Shown: positions 27,983 through 38,071, counted from the stretch's first letter. The stretch is 64,000 nucleotides of DNA from Acidimicrobiia bacterium (GCA_035763745.1 DASUAO010000054.1:5373-69372), one strand, 5' to 3'. Translations and numbers: made by a program. The notes: a model not told the origin generated them from the sequence alone.

Positions 27983-29140
27983 GTGGAGCGTGAACAGGCA
28001 CTCGAGATGGCACTGGGTCAGATCGAGAAGAACTACGGCAAGGGCGCGATCATGCGCCTCGGCGAGCGAGGCCACGTCGGGATCTCGGCGATCCCCACCG
28101 GGGCGCTCGCCCTCGACATCGCCCTCGGCATCGGGGGCCTACCCCGCGGCCGCGTCGTCGAGATCTTCGGTCCCGAGTCGTCGGGGAAGTCCACGCTCGC
28201 GATGCACGTGGTCGCCGAGGCCCAGCGCAACGGCGGCACCTGCGCCTACATCGACGCCGAGCACGCCATGGACCCGGTGTACGCCGCGGCCATCGGCGTC
28301 AACGTCGACGACCTCTACATCTCCCAGCCCGACACGGGGGAGCAGGCGCTCGAGATCGCCGACCTGTTGATCCGCTCGGGCGCGCTCGACGTCGTCGTCA
28401 TCGACTCCGTGGCCGCGCTCGTGCCCCGGGCCGAGATCGAGGGCGAGATGGGCGACACCCACGTGGGGCTGCAGGCCCGGCTCATGAGCCAGGCGCTGCG
28501 CAAGCTCACCGCGAACCTCAACCGGTCCCGCACGGTGTGCGTCTTCATCAACCAGCTGCGCGAGAAGATCGGCGTCATGTTCGGTTCACCGGAGACGACG
28601 CCGGGCGGCCGGGCGCTGAAGTTCTACTCGTCGGTCCGCCTCGACATCCGTCGGGTGGAGACGATCAAGGACGGCGCCGAGATGATCGGCAACCGGACCC
28701 GGGTCAAGGTGGTGAAGAACAAGGTCTCACCGCCGTTCAAGATGGCCGAGTTCGACATCATGTACGGCAAGGGCATCAGCCGGGAGGGCTCGATGCTCGA
28801 CGTCGGTGTGGAGCTCGACATCATCAAGAAGTCGGGAGCCTGGTTCACCTACGAGGGCGAGCAGCTCGGCCAGGGTCGGGAGAACGCCAAGGGGTTCCTC
28901 AAGGACAACCTCGACATGATGCTCGAGATCATGGAGAAGATCCGGGTGAAGGCCGGGATCGGGGAGTCCGCCGACGTTCCGCCGCCCGACGGTGAGATCG
29001 ACCTCACCGAGGCGGCAGCCGACGCCATCGCCGAAGCCGCGGAGGTCGCGGCGAAGTCGGCGAAGGAGACCAAGGACGCTCCGGCCGAGTCGCCGGCCCC
29101 CGCGGCGAAGAACGGCACGAAGGCCTCCTCCAAGTCCTAG
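27983..29140 (+). CDS. recA: Recombinase RecA
   Basis: The GTG at 27983 is preceded by AGGAGGG; the TTG at 27920 is an alternative start. Motifs: [19 protein letters not shown] and Walker [10 protein letters not shown]. About 55-aa non-canonical C-terminal tail. Confidence 0.95.
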   Translation: MEREQALEMALGQIEKNYGKGAIMRLGERGHVGISAIPTGALALDIALGIGGLPRGRVVEIFGPESSGKSTLAMHVVAEAQRNGGTCAYIDAEHAMDPVYAAAIGVNVDDLYISQPDTGEQALEIADLLIRSGALDVVVIDSVAALVPRAEIEGEMGDTHVGLQARLMSQALRKLTANLNRSRTVCVFINQLREKIGVMFGSPETTPGGRALKFYSSVRLDIRRVETIKDGAEMIGNRTRVKVVKNKVSPPFKMAEFDIMYGKGISREGSMLDVGVELDIIKKSGAWFTYEGEQLGQGRENAKGFLKDNLDMMLEIMEKIRVKAGIGESADVPPPDGEIDLTEAAADAIAEAAEVAAKSAKETKDAPAESPAPAAKNGTKASSKS

Positions 29141-29161
29141 GACACGCAACCCTGACCGACC

Positions 29162-29202
29162 AAGTGACGCTCCGGGGCCACATCGGACCCGGAGCGTCAC
29201 TT
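29162..29202. terminator. Bidirectional hairpin between convergent recA and the tauE-like gene
   Basis: AAGTGACGCTCCGGG-N11-CCCGGAGCGTCACTT, with 15-bp perfect arms. Confidence 0.6.
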
Positions 29203-29247
29203 GTTCACGGACGAGGTGAGGAGCCGCGACGAGCGCGCGAACGGATG

Positions 29248-29970
29248 TCAGAGCAAGCCGCGCGCGATCGCGACGCAGCCCGCGATCCCCGAGACGATCA
29301 GCACCATCGGTCGGAGCCAGCCGCCGTCCACGAACACGTGGAGGTGCTTGCTCGCCCAGAAGCCGGCGGCCATCGCCGGGAGCAGTGCCAGCGCGAACAG
29401 CGCCTGGTCTCCATGGATCGTTCCGGCGATCGTGTAGCCGATGAGCGACATGCTCGCGCTCACCGCGAAGAACGATCCGAGCGTGGAGCGAGCCGACGGG
29501 CCGTCGCGGTGCTGGAAGAGGAGTGCGACGGGCGGCCCCCCCACTGCGGCCGCGGTCCCGAAGATGTTGGACGCGAAGCCGGCCAACGCGCCCGTCACCG
29601 CGGTCACCGGGACCGGCGGCGAGACGACGCTGAGCAGCACCCCCAGCAGGACCACGAAGCCGACGAGGGTGGCCAGCGCGCTCGTGCTCACTCGCGTGAC
29701 GATGAAGAGCCCCACGATGGTGCCCGGCACCGCACCCACGAGCATCTGGCCCACGGCCGTCCGGTCGATCGCGTGGTGCTCGCGGGCGACGGTCGTGATG
29801 GTGAGCGGGAAGGCCACGAGCACGAGCGTCGTCGGCAGGGCCTCGGGGACGACGATCGCCACGAGGGGTGCCGCGAGCAGGTTGAGCCCGAAGCCGATGG
29901 AGCCCTGTACGACCGAGCCCATGAGCACGGCCCCGAGGGCCACCACCAGCTCGAGGGCTCCGACGTGCAC
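29248..29970 (-). CDS. TauE/SafE family sulfite/anion exporter-like membrane protein
   Basis: Multi-TM protein with GSIGFGLNLLAAPL. The start is placed at the internal GTG (29970) because the longer ORF would overlap the miaB start. Confidence 0.7.
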   Translation of the reverse strand: MHVGALELVVALGAVLMGSVVQGSIGFGLNLLAAPLVAIVVPEALPTTLVLVAFPLTITTVAREHHAIDRTAVGQMLVGAVPGTIVGLFIVTRVSTSALATLVGFVVLLGVLLSVVSPPVPVTAVTGALAGFASNIFGTAAAVGGPPVALLFQHRDGPSARSTLGSFFAVSASMSLIGYTIAGTIHGDQALFALALLPAMAAGFWASKHLHVFVDGGWLRPMVLIVSGIAGCVAIARGLL

Positions 29971-30028
29971 GACGGCTGATCCTGCCAGGTCGGCCGCACG
30001 AGGGACGACCGGGGCCCCCGTACACTCG

Positions 30029-31432
30029 GTGGTCGTGACCCGCCGGTTCCACGTCCGCACCTACGGGTGCCAGATGAACGAGCACGACTCCGAGCACCTG
30101 GCGGGGATGATGAGCGCCGCCGGGCTCGAACCCACCGACGACGCCGAGGATGCCGACGTCATCCTCCTGAACACCTGCTGCATCCGGGAGAACGCCGACA
30201 ACCGGTTCTACGGGCACCTGGGCAACCTCAAGGCGCTCAAGGAGGCCCGTCCGGGCCTCCAGATCGCCGTGGCGGGCTGCCTCGCCCAGAAGGACCGGGA
30301 ACGGATCGTGCAGCGAGCCGGGCACGTCGACGTCGTCTTCGGGACCCACAACCTCCACCGGGCGGTCGATCTCCTCGACCAGCAGCGGGTCACGGGCGGG
30401 ACGATCGTCGAGATCGCCGAGGAGCACGGCCCCGACGCCGCCGCCATCGCCGGCGCCCTCCCGGCTCGGCGCGACCTCGACCACTCGGCCTGGGTCACGA
30501 TCCAGATCGGGTGCGACAACTCGTGCACCTTCTGCATCGTCCCGCTCGTGCGCGGCGGCGAGGTCAGCCGTCGGATGGGCGACGTCGTCCGTGAGGTCGA
30601 GGACCTCGCAGCCGACGGCGTGAGCGAGGTCACGCTCCTCGGGCAGAACGTGAACTCCTACGGCCGCGACCTGGGCGCCGGCCAGTACCGACCCCGCTTC
30701 GCCGACCTGCTCCGGGCCATCGACGAGGTCGACGGGATCCAGCGCATCCGGTTCACGTCGCCGCACCCCAAGGACCTGCGCCCGGAGACGATCGCCGCCA
30801 TGGCCGAGTGCGACGCGGTCTGCGAGCACCTCCATCTGCCGCTCCAGTCGGGGAGCGACCGGACGCTGGCTCGGATGCACCGCGGCTACACCGCCGAGCG
30901 CTACCTCCAACGGCTCGACGCCGCGCGCGCGGGGATCCCCGACCTCGCGGTCACGACCGACCTCATCGTCGGGTTCCCGGGCGAGACCGACGACGACTTC
31001 GAGCGGACGCTCGAGGTGGTCGACACCGCCGGCTACGACGCGGCCTACACGTTCGTGTTCTCACCCCGACCGGGGACACCGGCCGCGGACATGACCGACG
31101 TCGTGGTGCCCGCCGAGGTCGTGCGGGAACGCATGGGGCGTCTCACCGAGGTCGTCGAGGGCCACGCCCTCCGTCGCCACGAAGCCCGTGTCGGCAAGGT
31201 CGAGACCGCGCTCGTGGACGGGCCGTCGAAGACCGATCCGTCGCGGACCTCGGCCCGCACGGGGCAGGGCAAGCTGGTGCACTTCGACGCCGGCACCGCG
31301 ACGATCCCGCCCGGGTCGTATGTCCGGCTGGAAGTGACGCGCGCGGCACCGCACTGGCTCGAAGGCACGTTGCGCGGCGTCGAGTCCACGCCGAAGCCGC
31401 GACCGGTGCGCATCCCGGTCGCGTCGGTGTGA
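30029..31432 (+). CDS. miaB: tRNA-2-methylthio-N6-dimethylallyladenosine synthase
   Basis: RTYGCQMNEHDSE, the radical SAM motif GCDNSCTFCIVP, and a TRAM C-terminus. GTG start at 30029 or 30035. Confidence 0.9.
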   Translation: MVVTRRFHVRTYGCQMNEHDSEHLAGMMSAAGLEPTDDAEDADVILLNTCCIRENADNRFYGHLGNLKALKEARPGLQIAVAGCLAQKDRERIVQRAGHVDVVFGTHNLHRAVDLLDQQRVTGGTIVEIAEEHGPDAAAIAGALPARRDLDHSAWVTIQIGCDNSCTFCIVPLVRGGEVSRRMGDVVREVEDLAADGVSEVTLLGQNVNSYGRDLGAGQYRPRFADLLRAIDEVDGIQRIRFTSPHPKDLRPETIAAMAECDAVCEHLHLPLQSGSDRTLARMHRGYTAERYLQRLDAARAGIPDLAVTTDLIVGFPGETDDDFERTLEVVDTAGYDAAYTFVFSPRPGTPAADMTDVVVPAEVVRERMGRLTEVVEGHALRRHEARVGKVETALVDGPSKTDPSRTSARTGQGKLVHFDAGTATIPPGSYVRLEVTRAAPHWLEGTLRGVESTPKPRPVRIPVASV

Positions 31433-32376
31433 CCACGACCCACCTCGCCCTCGTCGGGCCCACCGCATCCGGGAAGTCCGCGGTCGCGCTCGCCGTCGCG
31501 CGGGAGCTGGGCGACGTCGAGATCGTCTCGGTCGACTCGATGCAGGGCTATCGCGGCATGGACATCGGCACCGCCAAGCCGTCGGCCGGGGATCGGGCGA
31601 GCGTGCCCCACCACCTGCTCGACATCGCGGATCCCGCTGAGGACCTCAACGTGGCCCGGTACCAGGAGCTCGCCCGGACCGCCGTCGCCGACATCGCCGG
31701 ACGGGGCAAGCGTGCGCTCCTCGTCGGCGGGACCGGCCTCTACTTCCAGGCGGTGGTCGACGACCTGCACTTCCCGGGTGAGGACCTGGAGCTCCGAGCC
31801 GCGCTGGAGCGACGCACCGCCGGGCCGGGCGGTGTCGCCGACGCGTACACCGACCTGGAACGGCTCGATCCGCTCGCGGCATCGCGCATCGACCCTCACA
31901 ACGTGAGACGCATCGTCCGGGCCCTCGAGGTGATCGAGCTCACCGGCGAGCCGTTCTCGTCGTTCGGTCCCGGGGTGCAGACCTTCGGGCCGACGGCGTT
32001 CCCGGTGCACACGGTCGGGCTCTGGCTGCCCCGGGAGCTGCTGGCGACCCGCATCGCCGAGCGGGTCGCGGTCATGCGCGAGCGTGGCCTCTGGGCCGAG
32101 GTCGAGCGCCTGCGCCGTCTGCCCGCGTGGTCCCGCACCGCCCGCCAGGCCATCGGGTACAAGGAGATCCTCGACGTTCTCGATCGTGGCAACGGTGACG
32201 CCGCCCCCGACGCGACCGCGGTCGACGAGGCGTTCGAGACGATCTCCCGACGCACCCGGTCCTTCGCCCGGCGTCAGCGGATGTGGTTCCGGCGAGACCC
32301 GCGCATCACCTGGGTCGGGACGGCGGGGAATCCCTGCAGCCGTGTGGGCGCCGTGCTGGCATTGTGGAGGCGATGA
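31429..32376 (+). CDS. miaA: tRNA dimethylallyltransferase
   Basis: The GTG overlaps the miaB stop (GTGA). P-loop GPTASGKS and DSMQGYRGMDIGTAKP. Confidence 0.9.
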   Translation: MTTTHLALVGPTASGKSAVALAVARELGDVEIVSVDSMQGYRGMDIGTAKPSAGDRASVPHHLLDIADPAEDLNVARYQELARTAVADIAGRGKRALLVGGTGLYFQAVVDDLHFPGEDLELRAALERRTAGPGGVADAYTDLERLDPLAASRIDPHNVRRIVRALEVIELTGEPFSSFGPGVQTFGPTAFPVHTVGLWLPRELLATRIAERVAVMRERGLWAEVERLRRLPAWSRTARQAIGYKEILDVLDRGNGDAAPDATAVDEAFETISRRTRSFARRQRMWFRRDPRITWVGTAGNPCSRVGAVLALWRR

Positions 32377-33212
32377 CCTTGCGCGTGAGCAAGCTGCACG
32401 GGACCGGGAACGACTTCCTGGTCGCCGTCGTGGCCGACGGCCCCACCGTGGCCGCCGATCACGCCCGCGCGCTCTGCGACCGCCATCGAGGGATCGGGGC
32501 CGACGGGATCATCTCCCTCGGCACCGGATCCGACGGCGCCGACTGCACCATGGAGCTGCGCAACGCCGACGGCGGGATCGCAGAGATGAGCGGCAACGGG
32601 ATCCGGTGCCTCGCGTGGGTCGCCGTGCGCGAGGGTCTGGCCCGCGACGGGCGACTCGTCGTCGACACCGGGGGCGGCCGCAGGTTCGTCGACCTCGACC
32701 TCGGCCCCGACGGGCTGCTGCGGGCCGCCACCGTCGACATGGGGCCCGTCACGTTCGAGCCGGCCGAGATCCCGCTCGACGCCCCGTCCGCGCTCGGCCT
32801 CACGGCCACCTTCCACGGCGTCGAGTACTCCGGGGACGCGGTGGGGATCACCAACCCGCACCTCGTGCTCCTGGTCGACGACGTCGACGTGGCCCGGGTC
32901 ACCCAGCACGGCCCCCGGCTCGAGCGCGACGACCGGTTCCCGAACGGCACCAACGTCGAGTTCGTGGAGGCCGTGGGCCCGGACCGGATCCGCATGCGCG
33001 TCTGGGAGCGGGGTGTCGGCGAGACGCTCTCGTGCGGCACGGGTGCATGTGCCGCCGCCGCCGTGGCCCATCGCCGGGGCTTCGTCGGCGAGCGCGTGGT
33101 CGTCGCCGTCCCCGGCGGCGAGCTCGTGGTCGAGCTCGGCGACACAGTGACGCTCGGCGGCCCCGTCGTCCACGTGTTCGACGTCGACGCCTCGATCGAG
33201 ATCACCGCGTGA
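32373..33212 (+). CDS. dapF: Diaminopimelate epimerase
   Basis: ATGA overlap with miaA. Motifs: KLHGTGNDFLV, SGNGIRC and SCGTGACA. Confidence 0.9.
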   Translation: MTLRVSKLHGTGNDFLVAVVADGPTVAADHARALCDRHRGIGADGIISLGTGSDGADCTMELRNADGGIAEMSGNGIRCLAWVAVREGLARDGRLVVDTGGGRRFVDLDLGPDGLLRAATVDMGPVTFEPAEIPLDAPSALGLTATFHGVEYSGDAVGITNPHLVLLVDDVDVARVTQHGPRLERDDRFPNGTNVEFVEAVGPDRIRMRVWERGVGETLSCGTGACAAAAVAHRRGFVGERVVVAVPGGELVVELGDTVTLGGPVVHVFDVDASIEITA

Positions 33213-34528
33213 GCCGGTCTGCGGCGCGGGGCCGGCGTCGGCTCACCGCGACCGAGGTCGACCTCGCGGTCGTCCGCCAACGAGCCCTCCTCGTCGGGAC
33301 CGGCTTCGGCACGAAGACGGTCGAGGAGGCGACGGCTTCCCTCGACGAGCTGGTGCTGCTGGTCGACACCGCCGGTGCCGACGCGGTCGACGTCGTCCTC
33401 CAGCGACGCGACCGCCCTGACCCGGCCACGTACGTCGGCCGAGGGAAGGTCGAGGAGCTCCAGGCGACCGCCGAGGCGCTCGACGTCGACGTCGTCGTCT
33501 TCGACGACGAGCTCACGCCGGCGCAGCAACGGAACCTCGAGGCGAGGTTCTCCTGCGATGTCGTCGACCGCGTCGCGCTGATCCTCGACATCTTCGCCCA
33601 GCACGCCTCGAGCCAAGAGGGCATGGTGCAGGTCGAGCTCGCGCAGCTGCGATACCGCATGCCGCGCCTGCGCGGTCGCGGCCTCCAGCTCAGCCAGCAG
33701 GGTGGCGGCATCGGGACGCGGGGCCCCGGCGAGACGCAGCTCGAGGTGGACCGGCGACGGATCCAGCGCCGGATCACGACGCTCGAAGGGGAGCTCGAGC
33801 GCCTGGCCCGCAACCGCGCGACCCAGCGCAAGGCGCGCCGACGCCGCAGCCTGCCGACGCTCGCGCTGGTCGGCTACACGAACGCGGGGAAGTCCACCTT
33901 GCTCAACCGGATCACCCAGGCCGACGTCCTCGTGGAGGACCGCCTGTTCTCGACGCTCGACCCCACGACGCGACGGCTGCGGCTCCCCGGTGGGGAGACC
34001 GTCCTGTGCTCCGACACGGTCGGCTTCGTGCGTCGGCTCCCACATCAGCTGGTCGAGGCCTTCCGCTCGACGCTGGAAGAGGTCGCCGAGGCCGAGCTGC
34101 TCGTGCACGTCGTCGACGCGACGGCTCCCGACGCGGAGGCACAGATCGACGCCGTCCGGTCGGTGCTCGGCGAGATCGGTGCCGGGGACCTCCCCGAGCT
34201 GATGGTCCTCAACAAGATCGACGTCGCCGACGTCGAGCGCCGCCACGAGCTCGTGCGCCGCGCCGGGGGCGACGCCGTGGAGGTGTCGGCGCGCACCGGG
34301 GCGGGGGTCGACGAGCTGATCGCCGCGATCTCCTCCCGGCTCCGAGCCATGGGCGCCGTGGTCGAGCTGGTCGTCCCCTACGAGCGGGGCGACGTGCTCG
34401 CGGCGCTCCACCGCGACGGCGAGGTGATCGTCGAGGTGCACGACGACGACGGCACGCGCGTCCGGGCGCGGCTCGGCTCGGCCGACGTCGAGCGGTTCCG
34501 GGAGTACGCGGTCGAGGGCACCGCGTGA
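33209..34528 (+). CDS. hflX: GTPase HflX
   Basis: GTGA overlap with dapF. Motifs: G1 GYTNAGKSTLLN, DTVGF and NKID. Confidence 0.9.
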   Translation: MSRSAARGRRRLTATEVDLAVVRQRALLVGTGFGTKTVEEATASLDELVLLVDTAGADAVDVVLQRRDRPDPATYVGRGKVEELQATAEALDVDVVVFDDELTPAQQRNLEARFSCDVVDRVALILDIFAQHASSQEGMVQVELAQLRYRMPRLRGRGLQLSQQGGGIGTRGPGETQLEVDRRRIQRRITTLEGELERLARNRATQRKARRRRSLPTLALVGYTNAGKSTLLNRITQADVLVEDRLFSTLDPTTRRLRLPGGETVLCSDTVGFVRRLPHQLVEAFRSTLEEVAEAELLVHVVDATAPDAEAQIDAVRSVLGEIGAGDLPELMVLNKIDVADVERRHELVRRAGGDAVEVSARTGAGVDELIAAISSRLRAMGAVVELVVPYERGDVLAALHRDGEVIVEVHDDDGTRVRARLGSADVERFREYAVEGTA

Positions 34529-35703
34529 GCCCGCCGTCGGGTGAGGTGCCTCGGACGGGGGGAGGGTTCGTCCCGCCCCCGTATCCGCAGGCTCGGTTGG
34601 GCGAGCTCCACCACGTGGCCGAGACGGTGCCCGGAGGCGCCATCGACACGTCGGTCGGCACGCCGGTCGATCCGATGCCGGAGGTCGTGGTGCGGGCGCT
34701 CGTCGACACGGCCGCTCTCGCGACCGGGTACCCGCAGTCGATCGGGTCACCCCACTTCCGGGAAGCGGCCGCGGCGTGGATCCACCGGCGGTTCGCGGTC
34801 GAGGTGGATCCCGCCGCGGTGCTCGCATGCGTCGGGACCAAGGAGGTGGTTGCCGGGCTCCCGCGGCTCCTGTCGCTGCGGACGCCCGATCGCGACACGG
34901 TCCTGTACCCGGCGGTGTCGTATCCCACCTACGCGATGGGCGCGACGCTCGCCGGGCTCCGCGCGGTCCCGATCCCGGTCGACGCCGACTGGCACCTCGA
35001 TCTCGATGCCGTCGACGCGGCCGACGCCGATCGCGCGCTGATCGTGTGGCTGAACGACCCCGCGAACCCGACGGGCGCGGCGGCGTCGTCGGAGCGGATG
35101 GCGCGGACCGTCGAGTGGGCACGCGGCCGCGGCGCGATCGTCGCGAGCGACGAGTGCTACGCGGAGTTCACCTACGACGCCGGTGGGGCCCCGGCTCCGC
35201 CGGTCACCGCGCTCGGGCACGGCGACGACGGCATCCTCGCCGTGCACTCGCTGTCGAAGCGCTCGAACATGGCCGGGTTGCGCGCCGGGTTCCTCGCCGG
35301 CGACCCCGACCTCATCGGCTACCTCGGTGAGGTCCGCCGCCACGCCGGGATGATGGTCCCCGCTCCGGTCCAGGCCGCGGCGGCCGCAGCCCTCGGCGAC
35401 GACGCCCACGTCGACCTCCAGCGGGCCCGCTACGCCGACCGGCGAGCGCGGCTCGTCCCGGCGCTCGAGGCCCTGGGCCTGCACCACGACGGCGGCCCCT
35501 CCGCGTTCTACCTGTGGCTCCGGGACCACGGCGACGACACGAACGACGGCTGGGGCGTCGCGGCGTTGCTCGCCCGGCGGGGCATCGTCGTGGCACCCGG
35601 CGACCTCTACGGGGCACCCGGTGTCCGCCACGCCCGGCTGGCCCTGTGCATCCCCGACGCCCGGCTCGGGTTGGCCCTCGAACGCCTCGACGCGCCACGC
35701 TGA
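34525..35703 (+). CDS. dapC: PLP-dependent aminotransferase, probable N-succinyldiaminopimelate aminotransferase
   Basis: GTGA overlap with hflX. Class I aminotransferase with LSKRSNMAGLRAGF (the Lys-containing motif). The call leans partly on its position next to dapD and dapF. Confidence 0.65.
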   Translation: MSPPSGEVPRTGGGFVPPPYPQARLGELHHVAETVPGGAIDTSVGTPVDPMPEVVVRALVDTAALATGYPQSIGSPHFREAAAAWIHRRFAVEVDPAAVLACVGTKEVVAGLPRLLSLRTPDRDTVLYPAVSYPTYAMGATLAGLRAVPIPVDADWHLDLDAVDAADADRALIVWLNDPANPTGAAASSERMARTVEWARGRGAIVASDECYAEFTYDAGGAPAPPVTALGHGDDGILAVHSLSKRSNMAGLRAGFLAGDPDLIGYLGEVRRHAGMMVPAPVQAAAAAALGDDAHVDLQRARYADRRARLVPALEALGLHHDGGPSAFYLWLRDHGDDTNDGWGVAALLARRGIVVAPGDLYGAPGVRHARLALCIPDARLGLALERLDAPR

Positions 35704-35751
35704 GGCCCCCTGGCCGCCCCGTCATCGCCGCACCGCACCAGAGGAGCCCCC

Positions 35752-36591
<840 letters not shown>

Positions 36592-36614
36592 GCCCGGTTC
36601 CGGGCCCGACGGTC

Positions 36615-37148
36615 GTGCCGCCGCATCGCGACGGGGGCCAGGCCCAGCACGTGGGGATGCCGGTCGAGGAGACGTCGGGGCCGGACCCGCTGCGGGCGAC
36701 CCTCGACCGGACGCTCGACCGCCTCGACGAGCCGCTCACCGTGGAGATGCTCGCGGCCCGGGCCCACATGAGCCCCCGGACGTGCGCGCGGCGGTTCCGC
36801 GCGACGACCGGGGTCACCCCCCACCAGTGGCTGCTGCACGCCCAGCGGCTGCTCGAGACGACGGACCAGGCCGTGGAGCGGGTCGCGCATGCCTCGGGGT
36901 TCGGTTCTGCCGGCGCGATGCGACTGCACTTCCAGCGGACGCTCGGGACGTCGCCCCGGGCCTACCGGCGGACGTTCCGGGTGACGAACGGCTGGCACGA
37001 ACGGCCGGGACGAGCGGGGTGGGGTCAGAGGCGGCGCAGCAGCGTGACGACCTTGCCGAAGATCGCCACGTCGGCAGGGTCGAGCACCATCTCCTCGAGG
37101 GCAGGGTTCTCGGGCCGCAGCACGACCTTGCCCCGGCGGCGGAGGTAG
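36615..37148 (+). pseudogene. AraC/GlxA-type HTH domain only (N-terminal sensor domain missing); possible gene remnant
   Basis: LTVEMLAARAHMSPRTCARRFRATTGVTPHQWLLHAQRLLETTDQAVERVAHASGFGSAGAMRLHFQRTLGTSPRAYRRTF is a complete AraC-type double HTH. No room exists upstream for a DJ-1/PfpI or other ligand domain, because dapD ends at 36591. The ORF tail runs 124 nt into the lexA 3' end. Confidence 0.45.
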
Positions 37149-37654
37149 GTCTTCACGGTCCCCTCGTTGCCGTGGATCCCGGCGACGACCGTGTCGCCCG
37201 GCTCGGCCGTGGTCTGGTGGCGCACGACCACGTAGTCGCCGTCGAGGATGCCCGCGTCGATCATCGAGTCGCCCTTGACCTTGACCATGTACAGCTCGCC
37301 GGCGCCGGTGAAGTCCTCCGGCATCGGTACGCTCTCGTCGATCTCCTGTTCGGCGATCACACCGGCGTCGCCGGCCGCGATCTGGCCCACGAGCGGGACG
37401 TGGCGGACCGGTCGCCGCTCGACGGCCGAGCCCGACGCGGAGTCGTAGACGAGCTCCATGGCGCGGGGCTTCGTGGGGTCCCGCTTCAGGAAGCCCTTGT
37501 CCTGGAGGGCCGCGAGGTGGGCGTGGACCGTGGAGCTCGACGAGAGCCCGACGGCCTCGCCGATCTCCCGCACGCTCGGGGGATAGCCGCGGTCGCGGAC
37601 CTCGGCGTCGATGAACTCGAGGACCTGGCGTTGACGTTCCGTGAGATCGGTCAT
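37025..37654 (-). CDS. lexA: LexA repressor
   Basis: Start taken at MTDLTERQRQVLEFI (ATG 37654). Motifs: wHTH SVREIGEAVGLSS, the cleavage-site region, and the Ser/Lys dyad in KVKGDSMIDAGI ... FGKV. Confidence 0.95.
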   Translation of the reverse strand: MTDLTERQRQVLEFIDAEVRDRGYPPSVREIGEAVGLSSSSTVHAHLAALQDKGFLKRDPTKPRAMELVYDSASGSAVERRPVRHVPLVGQIAAGDAGVIAEQEIDESVPMPEDFTGAGELYMVKVKGDSMIDAGILDGDYVVVRHQTTAEPGDTVVAGIHGNEGTVKTYLRRRGKVVLRPENPALEEMVLDPADVAIFGKVVTLLRRL

Positions 37655-37661
37655 GCCGGTG

Positions 37662-37690
37662 ACGGTAGCACGAATACGTGTTCGGGGCAA
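37662..37690 (-). promoter_or_regulatory. Candidate lexA promoter TTGCCC-N17-TACCGT with a LexA box in the spacer; would give a leaderless or near-leaderless mRNA
   Basis: Reading the minus strand, the -35 is at 37690-85 and the -10 at 37667-62. The -10 ends 7 nt before the ATG. Confidence 0.4.
37671..37684. promoter_or_regulatory. LexA box CGAATacgtGTTCG (one mismatch)
   Basis: 17 nt upstream of the lexA ATG, consistent with autoregulation. Confidence 0.7.
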
Positions 37691-37701
37691 ACACCTGTTC
37701 G
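37688..37701. promoter_or_regulatory. Second, weaker LexA-like box CAAACacctGTTCG
   Basis: Adjacent to the first lexA box. Core is AAAC-N4-GTTC (one mismatch). Confidence 0.5.
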
Positions 37702-37721
37702 ACCCCACGGGGATGCGCGGG

Positions 37722-37991
37722 CTACGTGGCGTCCCTGATCTCCCGGAGGAAGTCCTCCAGGGGGAGCGCGCCCTCGAAGCGCTTCCGGTTCCGCCCGACG
37801 CCCCGGGCGGGACCGTCGGGGGCCGGGAGCGCCGGCGCCTCGGCCCGCTCCACGGCCTCCGGCGCTTCGCCGAGCATGCGGGCCGGCTCGGTCTCCGACG
37901 GTCGGGGGCGTGGGTCCATGGCGGGCCTCTCGAGGTCGGGGTTCGGCGTCCCTGGGACGTCGTGGGCGGGCTGGGGTGTCGGCGTCCTCAT
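37722..37991 (-). CDS. Unannotated small ORF (89 aa from ATG 37991) between the LexA-box array and lexA
   Basis: About 93% G/C at codon position 3 by direct count, against about 67% for the overlapping plus-strand frame. Pro/Glu/Ala-rich N-terminus and a C-terminus of GRNRKRFEGALPLEDFLREIRDAT. The ATG lies 37 nt downstream of a perfect LexA box. No family recognised. Confidence 0.5.
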   Translation of the reverse strand: MRTPTPQPAHDVPGTPNPDLERPAMDPRPRPSETEPARMLGEAPEAVERAEAPALPAPDGPARGVGRNRKRFEGALPLEDFLREIRDAT

Positions 37992-38027
37992 CGGCACCCG
38001 TCCGGGAATTCCTGAGCTTCCTGCGCC

Positions 38028-38041
38028 TCGAACATCTGTTC
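38028..38041. promoter_or_regulatory. LexA box TCGAACatctGTTC
   Basis: Perfect GAAC-N4-GTTC core at 38030-41. Confidence 0.75.
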
Positions 38042-38048
38042 TTGACGC

Positions 38049-38062
38049 CGAACAGATGTTCT
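38049..38062. promoter_or_regulatory. LexA box CGAACagatGTTCT
   Basis: Perfect core at 38050-61, the exact reverse complement of the core at 38030-41. TTGACG immediately precedes it at 38042-47. Confidence 0.75.
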
Positions 38063-38071
38063 GCTTGGATG

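Noticed and set aside
29141-30060. recX downstream of recA
   Set aside because: No plus-strand ORF with RecX-like helical repeats exists here. The space is occupied by a terminator hairpin and a convergent TauE-like membrane protein gene.
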